NCBI GenBank assembly: GCA_963790475.1
Contig: CAWBOS010000010.1
Location: forward strand, 928,001 to 992,000
Length of the DNA stretch: 64,000 bases
Source of the DNA: an uncultured delta proteobacterium
GTDB lineage: Bacteria > Desulfobacterota > RBG-13-43-22
Reading direction: 5' to 3'
In this document: piece after piece, positions 21,080 through 30,310 of the stretch
How positions within the stretch are numbered: the first letter of the stretch is position 1
How the letters are laid out: each line of letters starts with the position of its first letter
Notes under the pieces: model-generated
The model's database searches: none
What the model saw: only the letters and a program-made list of their open reading frames with translations
What the model was told of the DNA's origin: nothing
Position numbers and translations under genes: made by a program

Positions 21080-22102
21080 CTATACCGGCCAGGGTATCTC
21101 GCCCAGGGCCATTCGGCACAAATCGGTGATAAAAATTTTCGGAAGCCCGACCCTTGCAGTGGGCCGGCGCATCACAGCATCACAGATCGGGCATATGGTT
21201 ATCAGGGCCTCGGCCCCGGAATCTAAGGCATCCTGGACATTCTTGGTCTGCATATCCATAGCCAGGTCTTTATTGACGCCGATAGCGGGGCCACTGCAGC
21301 ACACGGCATCCAGGCCGTCATACCGTCTGGAAACGTGCTCCGCACCGATCAGGCCGAAGATTTCATCCAACCAGATATCCTGCTCCCGTATCCAGCGCAC
21401 CGCACAATTTGGCTGGTAGGCCACTTTCTTATTTAACCTGGTAAGGTCTTTTTGGTTTTTTTGGAGATAATCCCGCAGGTATTCGAACAGATGGTAATAC
21501 TTGAAAGGGACGGGTATTCCAAGTTCCTTGGCCTTCACATGGGCCAGGACATATCCCTCATTATGGATATAGACGATCTCCTTCTCCAATTCCGCTAATT
21601 TTTCAATCACCTGGCGGCCAAACCGCTCGGCGAAACTCTCTCCACCCATATGCACCATGCCGACCAGGGACATGTATTGCCCCCCTCGTACCACGGTCAG
21701 TCCTTTGAATAACCGACTCTCCACAGTCCCTTCTGGAAATTGCTTGAATTCAAAGCCATCAAAAGAAAGCGCCGGCTTATCCGGATCTCCTGCTATCACC
21801 TGACTATCGGTTTGGCCTTCCTCAAATCTCTTGGCCCGATCGGAGAGCATCGGTTTGGCATTGAGGACTAAGGGACTGGTTCCGATCTTCTCCTGCATTT
21901 TAAAAATCAGATTAGCCGGATCCGCGCCGGTGGGGCAGTTGTCAAAACAGGTGTTACAGGTGATGCAATTGTTCAGGATATCCGCGGGCTTCCCCTCCAT
22001 GAGCCGTTTTATTTCGCTTACCGCCTTGTCTTTATCATAGTTGACATAACGACATTTTACCAGACAATCACCGCATAAATCACATTTTGAAGCATTCCAC
22101 AT
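21080..22102 (-). CDS. (Fe-S)-binding protein: two ferredoxin motifs plus CCG domain
   Basis: CDLCGDCLVKC, CITCNTCFDNCP, CCSG, CPIC; first CCG domain is degenerate. Confidence 0.85.
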   Translation of the reverse strand: MWNASKCDLCGDCLVKCRYVNYDKDKAVSEIKRLMEGKPADILNNCITCNTCFDNCPTGADPANLIFKMQEKIGTSPLVLNAKPMLSDRAKRFEEGQTDSQVIAGDPDKPALSFDGFEFKQFPEGTVESRLFKGLTVVRGGQYMSLVGMVHMGGESFAERFGRQVIEKLAELEKEIVYIHNEGYVLAHVKAKELGIPVPFKYYHLFEYLRDYLQKNQKDLTRLNKKVAYQPNCAVRWIREQDIWLDEIFGLIGAEHVSRRYDGLDAVCCSGPAIGVNKDLAMDMQTKNVQDALDSGAEALITICPICDAVMRRPTARVGLPKIFITDLCRMALGEIPWPV

Positions 22103-22138
22103 TTTCCACCTCCGTTAGATTTTTGATGGTTTTTATAT

Positions 22139-23011
22139 TCAACTGGGACCCGTCTCAATTCCTATCTGGGCTAAGTATTCCATAAATCTCAAGCTCAATT
22201 CTTCAGGGCTTCCTTCAAATAATTCCTTGTTTTTTTCAGCCAACCCCCCCGACATAATCTGCCACATCCGGTCCTCGGCTGAAAGACTGGTATCGGGCGT
22301 AAAAATTCGTTTAGGCCTTGGCTTGGGTATTTTGATATTCAGCAATTCTACCTTGGTCTGTCCTAGGGTGTCTTCCGGCGATATGTTCAGACCTTTTTCC
22401 TTTATTCTGTTGATTTCGGTCTTCAGGGCGGATAAGAGGCAGGGCAGGGTGGAGTATCGCGGTTCATTCAAGCTTTCCTCTAGAGTGAGCAGGGCCGGAA
22501 GGGGAACCACGATCCTTTCCCTGTAGCCCTTTTCCAATTTTTTTTCCAACACCAGCTGCTTCTTCTCAATAAGCAAATCGAGTTTGGTTACCCGGGAAAC
22601 GATCGGCAGGTTCAGCCGGTCCGCTATCACGTATCCGGTCTGACCTCCAAAGTTGTCCATCGATCCGTGTCCGCAGAGGATGAGGTCTATGTCCATTTTA
22701 CGACACCAAGCCGCCAGGAGAACACCAATCGCATAGCCGTCCGGATTATTAACGGAGGATTCAATAATTGAGGCCTCATCAGCCCCGAGGGATAAACAAT
22801 GCCGTATTAAATTTTCTGCGGAAGGAGAGGATAGGGCGATCAGAAAGACCTTGCCCGATCCATTCGTCTCTTTCAAGCTCACCGCCGCTTCGACGGCGAC
22901 CAGATCGGAGGGGTGAACCGTATAAATAAGATCTTCCGGGTCGATCCGTCCGTCGTCGAAGCTGATGATATTCGGATCTGGAAAAAAATGGAGGCAGACA
23001 ATGATATTCAT
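22139..23011 (-). CDS. fixA: Electron transfer flavoprotein beta subunit (FixA/EtfB)
   Basis: MNIIVC, D..AVEAA, LGADEA, DLILCG..S.D..GGQ, NEPRY. Confidence 0.88.
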   Translation of the reverse strand: MNIIVCLHFFPDPNIISFDDGRIDPEDLIYTVHPSDLVAVEAAVSLKETNGSGKVFLIALSSPSAENLIRHCLSLGADEASIIESSVNNPDGYAIGVLLAAWCRKMDIDLILCGHGSMDNFGGQTGYVIADRLNLPIVSRVTKLDLLIEKKQLVLEKKLEKGYRERIVVPLPALLTLEESLNEPRYSTLPCLLSALKTEINRIKEKGLNISPEDTLGQTKVELLNIKIPKPRPKRIFTPDTSLSAEDRMWQIMSGGLAEKNKELFEGSPEELSLRFMEYLAQIGIETGPS

Positions 23012-23017
23012 TTATAA

Positions 23018-23118
23018 GCTTTCAGCGATCAGCATTCAGACGTCAGGAAAACAACAGATAGCTCCTTGCTCATTACTGGGTGCTCGAAAAAACGAGAAAC
23101 GAGTAATCAGTAACGAAA
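23018..23118. repeat. Heptamer repeat patch downstream of the MerB-like gene
   Basis: gctttca gcgatca gcattca gacgtca; ttgctca ttactg ... gagtaat cagtaac. Confidence 0.65.
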
Positions 23119-23122
23119 CTTT

Positions 23123-23803
23123 CTATGGCATTTTCGCTCCCAGCTCCTTTCTGGCTTGTTTGGCTTCATCCGACCTGAGCCAGGAGATATAATCGGGACG
23201 TTTCCGGGCGCGAAAAATAAGGTTGCTGAACAGATCCGCCCAGAAGGCCAGAGGTTTTAAGGTTTTTTCAAACTCGGGATTAAATGAAGCCCACCCACGA
23301 ACATGTTCTTCCGACCGGAAGAGGTTCATGCCCGCTCAACGATACGGTCTGGTCTCAAGGGTCCCGCCGATCTCACTGTAGGTATAACCAACAATGGGCT
23401 CAGGCTGCACCGAAAGGATGTCCTCGTCCTTCATTTCAATAACGATGGGTTCTCCGCAGTCCAGACAAATGGCATCAAGCCGTACATGCTTTCCGGGGAA
23501 GAGCCAGCGAACCGCCAGCGCTTCGAATCCTCACTGGGCGAACCATTTTGGTTCACCGTCTATGGTGATGCGGTATTGGGTGGGTTGGTTGTTGAAGGGA
23601 GGGAAAGAGGCAATCCAGTCCGTCTGGGGGTGGACCCAACCGGGCACCCCGGAAGTCATCAGGTCATGGACCAATTGACGCCCTTCTTCCATCCCGATCC
23701 CCAGGTCCTTGGCCAGTTCGGTATGATGGGGGGCCTGACCGGTTTTGATGAAACGTTGCATGATGTTGTAAAACGCCCGATCCATTAAAGCGAGATCTGC
23801 CAT
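23123..23803 (-). CDS. MerB-like (organomercurial lyase fold) selenoprotein, 226 aa, Sec91 and Sec156
   Basis: One frame with TGA at 23531-33 and 23336-38: WFAQ-U-GFE...CLDCGEPI...R-U-AGMNLFRSEEH; SD AGGAGG; hairpin after each TGA. Confidence 0.88.
23297..23335 (-). promoter_or_regulatory. SECIS-like hairpin for Sec156
   Basis: GCGGGCATG-aacc-TCTTCC-ggtc-GGAAGA-a-CATGTTCGT directly 3' of the TGA. Confidence 0.75.
23498..23524 (-). promoter_or_regulatory. SECIS-like hairpin for Sec91
   Basis: GAAG-c-GCTGGCG-gtt-CGCTGGC-t-CTTC; G-initiated loop ~18 nt after the TGA. Confidence 0.65.
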
Positions 23804-23828
23804 GTTGGTATCCTCCTTTTATAAAAAT

Positions 23829-23992
23829 AAGGGTTTAAGGTGCAAGGTACAGGGTTTAAAGTAAAAACCAGTGGTAACTTGGAGTACTGGAGTGATGGAG
23901 TACCGGAGTATTGGTCTGAAAAACCCGGTACTTCAAATTTTCAATATACCAATATCCTGTGTTCCAACACTCCCATACTCCATTACTCGCCT
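23829..23992. repeat. Heptamer plus inverted octamer tandem repeats between fixX and the MerB-like gene
   Basis: taaggtg caaggta cagggtt; ggagtact ggagtgat ggagtacc ggagtatt ... aacactcc catactcc attactc. Confidence 0.8.
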
Positions 23993-23998
23993 CCCGAT

Positions 23999-24268
23999 CT
24001 ACCCGTATCGCAGACATACTCCGTATCCCCCGCGGGGATAACTCCATTCAATAGCTTGGTTTTCGCAGGTGATGCGGCAGGCACCGCATTCCACACAACC
24101 TTGCCAGGAAAAAACAATTTCGCCCTGGCTCAGTACATAATTCTTAACCGGGCAAACATACAGACAAGGTTGATGGACGCAGGTAGAGCAACGTGATCGG
24201 TCGATCTTAATGTGCGGAGACAGATCGACCTTGAATCGTACTCGGGTTAATTTTTCTTCTATGTCCAT
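23999..24268 (-). CDS. fixX: FixX-type ferredoxin
   Basis: PHI...C..C...PCLYVCP, CVECGACRI.C, WSYPRGGYGV..RYG. Confidence 0.93.
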   Translation of the reverse strand: MDIEEKLTRVRFKVDLSPHIKIDRSRCSTCVHQPCLYVCPVKNYVLSQGEIVFSWQGCVECGACRITCENQAIEWSYPRGGYGVCLRYG

Positions 24269-25566
24269 AGAATTGCCCGTACCCCCTGAAGGATATCTTT
24301 AAACAATCGAGACTTAGGAATTTTCCCTTTGGTGGTCTCCCGCATTATGGATAGAATATTTTTTCTCGGCTCCCCATTGACACGATAAAAACGGTGGGCT
24401 ATTTCACAGGCCAAATCAGGGTACGCTTTATACAACCTGGGATTGGAAAGGAATTCCGGGACACGGCGAAAGGTTTTAAGGTCTTGGAGTACAAAGCTCT
24501 TCTCCAGCAATTCCAGGTAATAAGCCATTTGCCGTTTAGAAAAATCTCTGTTCTTCTTGGCCCGGATGACGGTTTTGGCCGCCGCCAGACCGGAGGCAAT
24601 GGCTAAATTCATCCCTTCCAGTGTAATACCTGTCGAGCAGACGAAGCCGGCCGCGTCCCCGGAAAAGAGGACTCCGTTCCCATACAGTTTGGGCAGGGCT
24701 TTATAACCGCCTTCAGGAATCAGATGCCCGGAATATTCTTTCAGGATTGCGTTTTTTATTTTGTTTTCAATAAAGGGCTGGGTTTTAAATTTTTCCATAA
24801 GGTCGGCAATGGACAATTTCTTTTTTTGCAGGGCCTCCAAATTGGCCACGACGCCAATCGAAAGGCTTGAAAGGTTGGTATAAAGAAATCCGCCTCCTTC
24901 CACTCCCTGAGTACATTCACCCAGAAAAAGATGGGCCAGCCCTTCTTTGGGTTTCAGCTCGAAACGTTGGTTAATGATTTCTTCAGGAAGGGTCAAGACC
25001 TCCTTGGCCGCGACCGAGATATTCGAAGGGGACAAGGTCTTTCTAAAGCCGGACTTTTCAGCCAGAATCGAATTCACCCCGTCGGCCACGATAACCGCAT
25101 CCCCCAGCAGCAGGCCGTCGGACCTCGAGGTTTTGACCCCGGTTACCCTATTGTCCTCCAGCACCAGGTCAACCACGGTCGTTTCCGGAACGAGCAAGGC
25201 CCCTGCTTCCCTGGCCTTTTCGGCGTACCATCGGTCGAACCTGGATCTTAAGAGGGTAAAACCGTTATAGGGTTCTCTACCGAACCGATTATCCTGAAAG
25301 GTCGTGGAGAGGGATGAATCGGAAGTGAGAATCGTGGTCTGATATTTTGTAATAAAGCGTTCAACCGGGGCCTGGGTCCAATAATCTGGAATCAATTCGT
25401 TTAAGGCCGCGGAATAATGTAATACGCCGCCGAACATATTTTTCTGACCAGGTTCTTCAGCTCGTTCGAACAAAACACATTTCAGACCGGCCCGGGCCGC
25501 GGCCAGGGAGGCTGTAGTGCCAGCCGGACCGGCTCCCACCACAATTAAATCATATTTATCTTGCAC
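24259..25566 (-). CDS. fixC: FixC-type ETF:quinone oxidoreductase
   Basis: VVGAGPAG, KNMFGG, RSRFDRW, GGGFLYTN, EYSGHLIPEGG, GDAAG; GTG start assumed. Confidence 0.92.
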   Translation of the reverse strand: MQDKYDLIVVGAGPAGTTASLAAARAGLKCVLFERAEEPGQKNMFGGVLHYSAALNELIPDYWTQAPVERFITKYQTTILTSDSSLSTTFQDNRFGREPYNGFTLLRSRFDRWYAEKAREAGALLVPETTVVDLVLEDNRVTGVKTSRSDGLLLGDAVIVADGVNSILAEKSGFRKTLSPSNISVAAKEVLTLPEEIINQRFELKPKEGLAHLFLGECTQGVEGGGFLYTNLSSLSIGVVANLEALQKKKLSIADLMEKFKTQPFIENKIKNAILKEYSGHLIPEGGYKALPKLYGNGVLFSGDAAGFVCSTGITLEGMNLAIASGLAAAKTVIRAKKNRDFSKRQMAYYLELLEKSFVLQDLKTFRRVPEFLSNPRLYKAYPDLACEIAHRFYRVNGEPRKNILSIMRETTKGKIPKSRLFKDILQGVRAILWT

Positions 25567-25570
25567 CAGA

Positions 25571-26581
25571 CTATCCCTTCGGCCGCTTTCCTGATCGGCG
25601 ACCGAGTCGGTCATTGATCACCCTTATTAGTTCTACGGCGTCTCCCACCAGGCCCATATCCGAATATTTGAAGATATCCGCCGAGCGGTCTTTGTTGATG
25701 GCCACGATGGCCTTTGAATCTTTCATCCCCAGGACATGATAGATGGACCCTGATATTCCGCAGGCCACATAAAGATCAGGGGTCACTGTCGTACCGGTTT
25801 GTCCGACCAGGCATTTTCGTTCCGCCAGTTCGGCATCGACGGCCCCGAGGGAGGCCCCGGCCACCCCCCCTAACTTCCTGGCCAGCTCCCTGACCAGTTC
25901 GAAATTTTCCCGGCTGCCCAGCCCGCGCCCTCCGGAGATGATGATTTCAGCCTCGTCCAGGGTGATGGTTTCAGGGTCGGCCTTTATCTTGTCTGTGATT
26001 CGAAAATGCCTTTCCTCCTCGTTCAAACCGGGGTTGAAAACTTCCGCTATGATTTCCTTTTTGGGCCTGGTCCGTTTCTTATTAAAGGCGCCGGGGATAA
26101 TCGTAGCCATCTGAGGGGTCCCGTGGCGGCAAATAAAGGTGCCGGCTATCCGGCCGCCAAAGATAAGCCTGGTCTGCAGTAACAAACCCTCGTCGTTCAG
26201 AGAAAGATCAAGGCAGTCCATGATCAGCCCGGTTTTCAGTCTTGCCGCCAGCCGCCCGGCCAGGTCATTCCCGAAAAAAGTGGCTCCAAATAGAATAAAG
26301 CCCGGCCTTTTCTCAGCGCATATTCCGGAAAGGGACCGGGCATAAAGTTCCGGATCTTCGTTCACCAGCAGGGGATGTTCTAGAAAAAAGATCCGGTCCA
26401 CCCCGTAATCGGCCATGCCTTTAAGGGCCTCCCGGTTGGTTTCTCCGATTATCAAGGCCTGGAGTTCGCTGTTAAGTTTGGAGGCCAGATCCCTCCCTTT
26501 GTTCAGCACTTCCCGGGAGACCTCGGCAGCTTCTCCATTGCGCCACTCGACAAAAACCATGACGGATTTGTTTGAGTTCAC
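25571..26581 (-). CDS. fixB: Electron transfer flavoprotein alpha subunit (FixB/EtfA)
   Basis: EIIISGGRGLG, VGQTG.TV.PDLYVACGISG, AINKD..A.IF. Confidence 0.93.
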   Translation of the reverse strand: MNSNKSVMVFVEWRNGEAAEVSREVLNKGRDLASKLNSELQALIIGETNREALKGMADYGVDRIFFLEHPLLVNEDPELYARSLSGICAEKRPGFILFGATFFGNDLAGRLAARLKTGLIMDCLDLSLNDEGLLLQTRLIFGGRIAGTFICRHGTPQMATIIPGAFNKKRTRPKKEIIAEVFNPGLNEEERHFRITDKIKADPETITLDEAEIIISGGRGLGSRENFELVRELARKLGGVAGASLGAVDAELAERKCLVGQTGTTVTPDLYVACGISGSIYHVLGMKDSKAIVAINKDRSADIFKYSDMGLVGDAVELIRVINDRLGRRSGKRPKG

Positions 26582-26702
26582 GGCTTATTGCAAGATTTTT
26601 ATTAAGGTTTAACTTTTTCTTGAAATAAGTTAATGCCACTGACCCACAATGACGCCCACAGACTTTTCCCACTGCGGAGTTTCGCAGGGGAAAACGACCG
26701 GG

Positions 26703-26728
26703 TACTGATTGACAGTCGTCAATCAGTA
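26703..26728. promoter_or_regulatory. Perfect palindrome, probable repressor operator upstream of fixB
   Basis: TACTGATTGAC-agtc-GTCAATCAGTA (11-bp arms), overlapping a minus-strand TATACT. Confidence 0.65.
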
Positions 26729-26798
26729 TAATTTATAGTCTGATCTTGTCTGTTTTTGTCCGTGGCAAAAAAATAATTAAGGCTTTGGTCTTATCCAT

Positions 26799-28754
26799 TC
26801 ACAATTTCCTGGCCGCCCGAGCGGCATCCCAGATCGAGTCCTGCAGTTTGCGCGGGGAATGGCAATGACCGATGTCATAGAGCTCTTTGATCTCACCCTT
26901 TAATGACCGGTATAAGGCGTTGTCCGATTTCCCGATATGGGCGTAAACAACCGTATCCACTCCTTCGATGCGTCTTTCTTCACCCGAGAGCACATGGCCG
27001 GCGATTACTGTATTCTCCCTGATCTCCTTGACCCTCGTCAGGGGGGTTATGACCACACCTTTCCTGGCCATTCGGGTATAAACAATGGCCAGGGTAGTGG
27101 CATCCAATTCACCGCCGGCATAAAGGGTGCGGATCAAAACCTCCACCTTTTTACCCCTGTCGGCCAAGAATTCGGCTGTGCCCAGGGCCTCTTCGTGGTG
27201 TTCATCGGCGATTATGACTACCTTATCTCCGACTTCGGCTTTCTCACTAAGCACCTTGCGAACCGTGACCAGGTTGGCACTCTGGTCCGTCTTTATACTG
27301 GGCAAAATTTCCACGGATCCCGTAGCCACGATAACCGCGTCGGGATTTTTTTCTCGGACCATCGCGGGGGTGACTGTCGTCCCCAGAACCACTTCCACCC
27401 CAAGCAGTTTCATCTGGTTTGAATAGTATCGGATGGCTTCGGCAAAATCGATTCGGCCTGGGATTTTGGTGGCGATATTCAACTGCCCACCAAGGGTTTC
27501 TTCCTTATCATAAAGCGTAACCTGATGGCCTCTCAGAGCGGCCACCCTGGCCGCCTCCAGTCCGGCCCCGCCGCCGCCGATGACCATTACCCTTTTCATT
27601 TTGGTTGCCGGGACAATGCCCATTCGCCCCTCTCTTCCCGCCTCGGGGTTGAGCGAGCAGCTTATGGGCCAATTTTTCTGGTAATACCCTATACAGGCCT
27701 GGTTGCAACCGATACATTTTCGGATCTCATCCAGCCGGCCTTCCTTGGCTTTTAGAGGCCATTGCGGGTCGCAGATCAGTGCCCTGGCCATGCCTATAAA
27801 GTCGGCCTGGTTATTCTCCAGAATCTGTTCGGCCTGAATGGGGTCGTTTATCCGTCCGTGACAGATGACCGGGATGTTGACCACTTCCTTGACTCCGACT
27901 GCCAGGTGAACAAAGCATCCCAGGGGGAAATACATGGGAGGAACGTGCCCGGAAAGGCCGGCGCAGACGCTCAAGTAGTCGATGTTACCGGTCTCCTCCA
28001 GCTTGGAGGCAATGACCCTGGCATCATCCAGGGTTAGTCCCCGGTTAATCAGCTCATCGGCCACCAATCTCATACCAACTGCGAAATCAGGACCCACCGA
28101 GGCCCGGACGGCCTCAAGGATTTCCCGGTGTATCTTCATCCGATTCTCCAGGCTGCCACCGTACTCGTCCTGCCGTCGGTTGGAAAGAGGGGACAGGAAG
28201 GAGACCAGAAGCATCCCCGCACCGACCGTGGACGAGATTTCTACCCCGTCAAACCCGACACTCTGCAGCCTCTTGGCTGCGTCGGCATAAGCCGACACCA
28301 CCTGCTGGATATGGTCGATTTCCATCTCATAGGGCGTGGAGTATTCAGGGGCCATCAACCCTCCGGGAAACTGTATCGGTGACGGCGCAAATCCCGTACC
28401 CCCGGTCAAGCTCCCATCGATTCTCGGTCCGGCATGCAGAAGCTGCCCAAATAACTTTGTTCCCTGATCATGCAAGGCCGTGGCTAGTCCCTCATAGGCG
28501 GGAAGAGAGCGGTCGTTCTGTATGGCCATAAAACCTCCGGCCGTACTCATCGCTCCCACCGCGTTCTGGCCTAATATGATTAAACCCACGCCGCCCTTAG
28601 CCCTGGCCAGGAAATATTGCAAGGCCCTTTCATTCGGTCCTTGATTTATCGGCCAGTATAACGGGACATGAGCGGAAAAAACGACCCGGTTCGGGATGGT
28701 CACATTGTGAATTTTCATGGGGGTGAATAGATACTTGAATTCTTGCGTTGCCAT
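26799..28754 (-). CDS. NADH:flavin oxidoreductase (OYE + Fe-S + FAD domain; FadH/DgcA/TMADH-like)
   Basis: ARAKGGVGLI, FLSP.SN.R.DEYGGSLENR, CIGCNQAC...CSLNP, VIGGGGAGLEAA. Confidence 0.92.
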   Translation of the reverse strand: MATQEFKYLFTPMKIHNVTIPNRVVFSAHVPLYWPINQGPNERALQYFLARAKGGVGLIILGQNAVGAMSTAGGFMAIQNDRSLPAYEGLATALHDQGTKLFGQLLHAGPRIDGSLTGGTGFAPSPIQFPGGLMAPEYSTPYEMEIDHIQQVVSAYADAAKRLQSVGFDGVEISSTVGAGMLLVSFLSPLSNRRQDEYGGSLENRMKIHREILEAVRASVGPDFAVGMRLVADELINRGLTLDDARVIASKLEETGNIDYLSVCAGLSGHVPPMYFPLGCFVHLAVGVKEVVNIPVICHGRINDPIQAEQILENNQADFIGMARALICDPQWPLKAKEGRLDEIRKCIGCNQACIGYYQKNWPISCSLNPEAGREGRMGIVPATKMKRVMVIGGGGAGLEAARVAALRGHQVTLYDKEETLGGQLNIATKIPGRIDFAEAIRYYSNQMKLLGVEVVLGTTVTPAMVREKNPDAVIVATGSVEILPSIKTDQSANLVTVRKVLSEKAEVGDKVVIIADEHHEEALGTAEFLADRGKKVEVLIRTLYAGGELDATTLAIVYTRMARKGVVITPLTRVKEIRENTVIAGHVLSGEERRIEGVDTVVYAHIGKSDNALYRSLKGEIKELYDIGHCHSPRKLQDSIWDAARAARKL

Positions 28755-28853
28755 AGTATCCCTCCTCTTTCACCAAAAAATTGGTTGTTCTCCCTCCTCG
28801 GATTCGTTCACCAGTAAGCTACCTAAGGCAATCTTAATAAATTGAAACCGCCT

Positions 28854-29351
28854 TCACGGAATCGCTTGAACGGTCCCTGAATCGTCCTCGAAGGAAAATA
28901 ATTTTTCGATAATATAGAGGACGTATTTTTCACAGGTATCTTTTGCTCTGCCTGATTCCCGGAATTTTTGGTACGCCCCGGGAACATTAAAATCCAGACC
29001 CAAAAGGCCCCGGCAGGTGATATCGCCGAATTGCCGGGTAAAATCATCAATCAAATTCCCGGCCTGAAGGCGGATATTATTTCTGGCCTCCTTGGCCTTT
29101 TCTTTGTCCGCCAGGGAACAACGATGCCGCAGTCCCAAACAGACGGCCGATGCGGAAACAGCACCGCAGGGGGCTTGTTGACGTCCGCTGATCCCCCCAT
29201 TGAAGGGAATGGCGGCCCAAAGAAGATCTTCATTGCCCAGATCGTAGCTTTCCCACATAACTTGCAGGACCGCCGGCCCTCAGTGATATCCTTTGTGCAA
29301 AAATTCCATGGTCTTCGTTTTTGCTTCTTCGAGCGAAATTTTAGTTGGCAT
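28854..29351 (-). CDS. C-GCAxxG-C-C family redox protein, probable selenoprotein (Sec24)
   Basis: MPTK...KGYH-U(TGA 29280-82)-GPAVLQV joins in frame to GGI...PCGAVS, ITCRGL, TCEKYV; SD present. Confidence 0.82.
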
Positions 29352-29438
29352 ATTGAGCTTCCTTTCTATTAGATCTCTAACTGGTTGTTGAAACCGGGCA
29401 TCACGCCACTTGATGAATTTCTACGATTTCATAAAATT

Positions 29439-30245
29439 TTATTGATCGGCCAATTTGATCTTTTCCCTTAATTCCTCCACAGTCTTATTGAACCTCGGTT
29501 CAAAAAAAAGAAACTGATTGATGGGATATTTGGTGCTCTTCTCATGAGTTTCTTGTAATCCGATTAAGAAATTATCCAGTTTGCCGGCCGGCATGGTAAA
29601 AACCATTTCATCATCGCCGGCCATTCCCAATTGTCTGGCCCCCCGGCCCGGTATGACGTATCCGGCCTTGTCTTCAATCATCGGGGCGATCATTTCCCGG
29701 ACACAGGAGGCCCCGATGCTCGCCCAGGATTCTATAACTCCTCCTTCCGTGTAGATCATGGATTGAATCATCCTGGCCGTTTGAGCCGGATTGCCGTAAA
29801 TTAAAATAACATCAGGGTCCTGAATGATATCAGAATCCAAAGGAGATACCATCAAACCACGGGAAGAGAATTTTCTTTCGTCCATCAGAGATGAGGCCTT
29901 CTCTAAATTTTTTTTGGCGGCTTCACGATCCTTGATATACCCGGCATTAATCCTGAAATTGATCAGTTCTTCTTCTTTATTAAGATTTTTATTCAAGTCT
30001 CCCCAGCCAAAACTCATAAGAGCGGCAACACAATTAATGTCTTCGGGGGTAACAGCAAATGACCAGCCCCATTTCCGGGCGATGGTATTTATCTGGCAGA
30101 AGGCCATTTTCATCCCAAAAACAGCCGGGCGCCGCAAGGTGCTGGGGAGGTCGTTGACGTTATCAACAAATTTTATAGCTAAGGGATGTGTATGAACTCG
30201 CAAATATTTTTCAATGGTCTCGGCGGCCTTTTTAAAATCGGTCAT
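29439..30245 (-). CDS. DUF169 family protein
   Basis: LRVHTHPLAIK, FCQ...AR..GW, PDVILIYGNPAQ, ASC, PG.GAR...A.DDEM.F..P. Confidence 0.85.
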   Translation of the reverse strand: MTDFKKAAETIEKYLRVHTHPLAIKFVDNVNDLPSTLRRPAVFGMKMAFCQINTIARKWGWSFAVTPEDINCVAALMSFGWGDLNKNLNKEEELINFRINAGYIKDREAAKKNLEKASSLMDERKFSSRGLMVSPLDSDIIQDPDVILIYGNPAQTARMIQSMIYTEGGVIESWASIGASCVREMIAPMIEDKAGYVIPGRGARQLGMAGDDEMVFTMPAGKLDNFLIGLQETHEKSTKYPINQFLFFEPRFNKTVEELREKIKLADQ

Positions 30246-30310
30246 GGTTACCTCTCCTTCTTTTGAAATGATTGGCTTCTTATCTTCCCATGATGATTGG
30301 TATTATCGTC

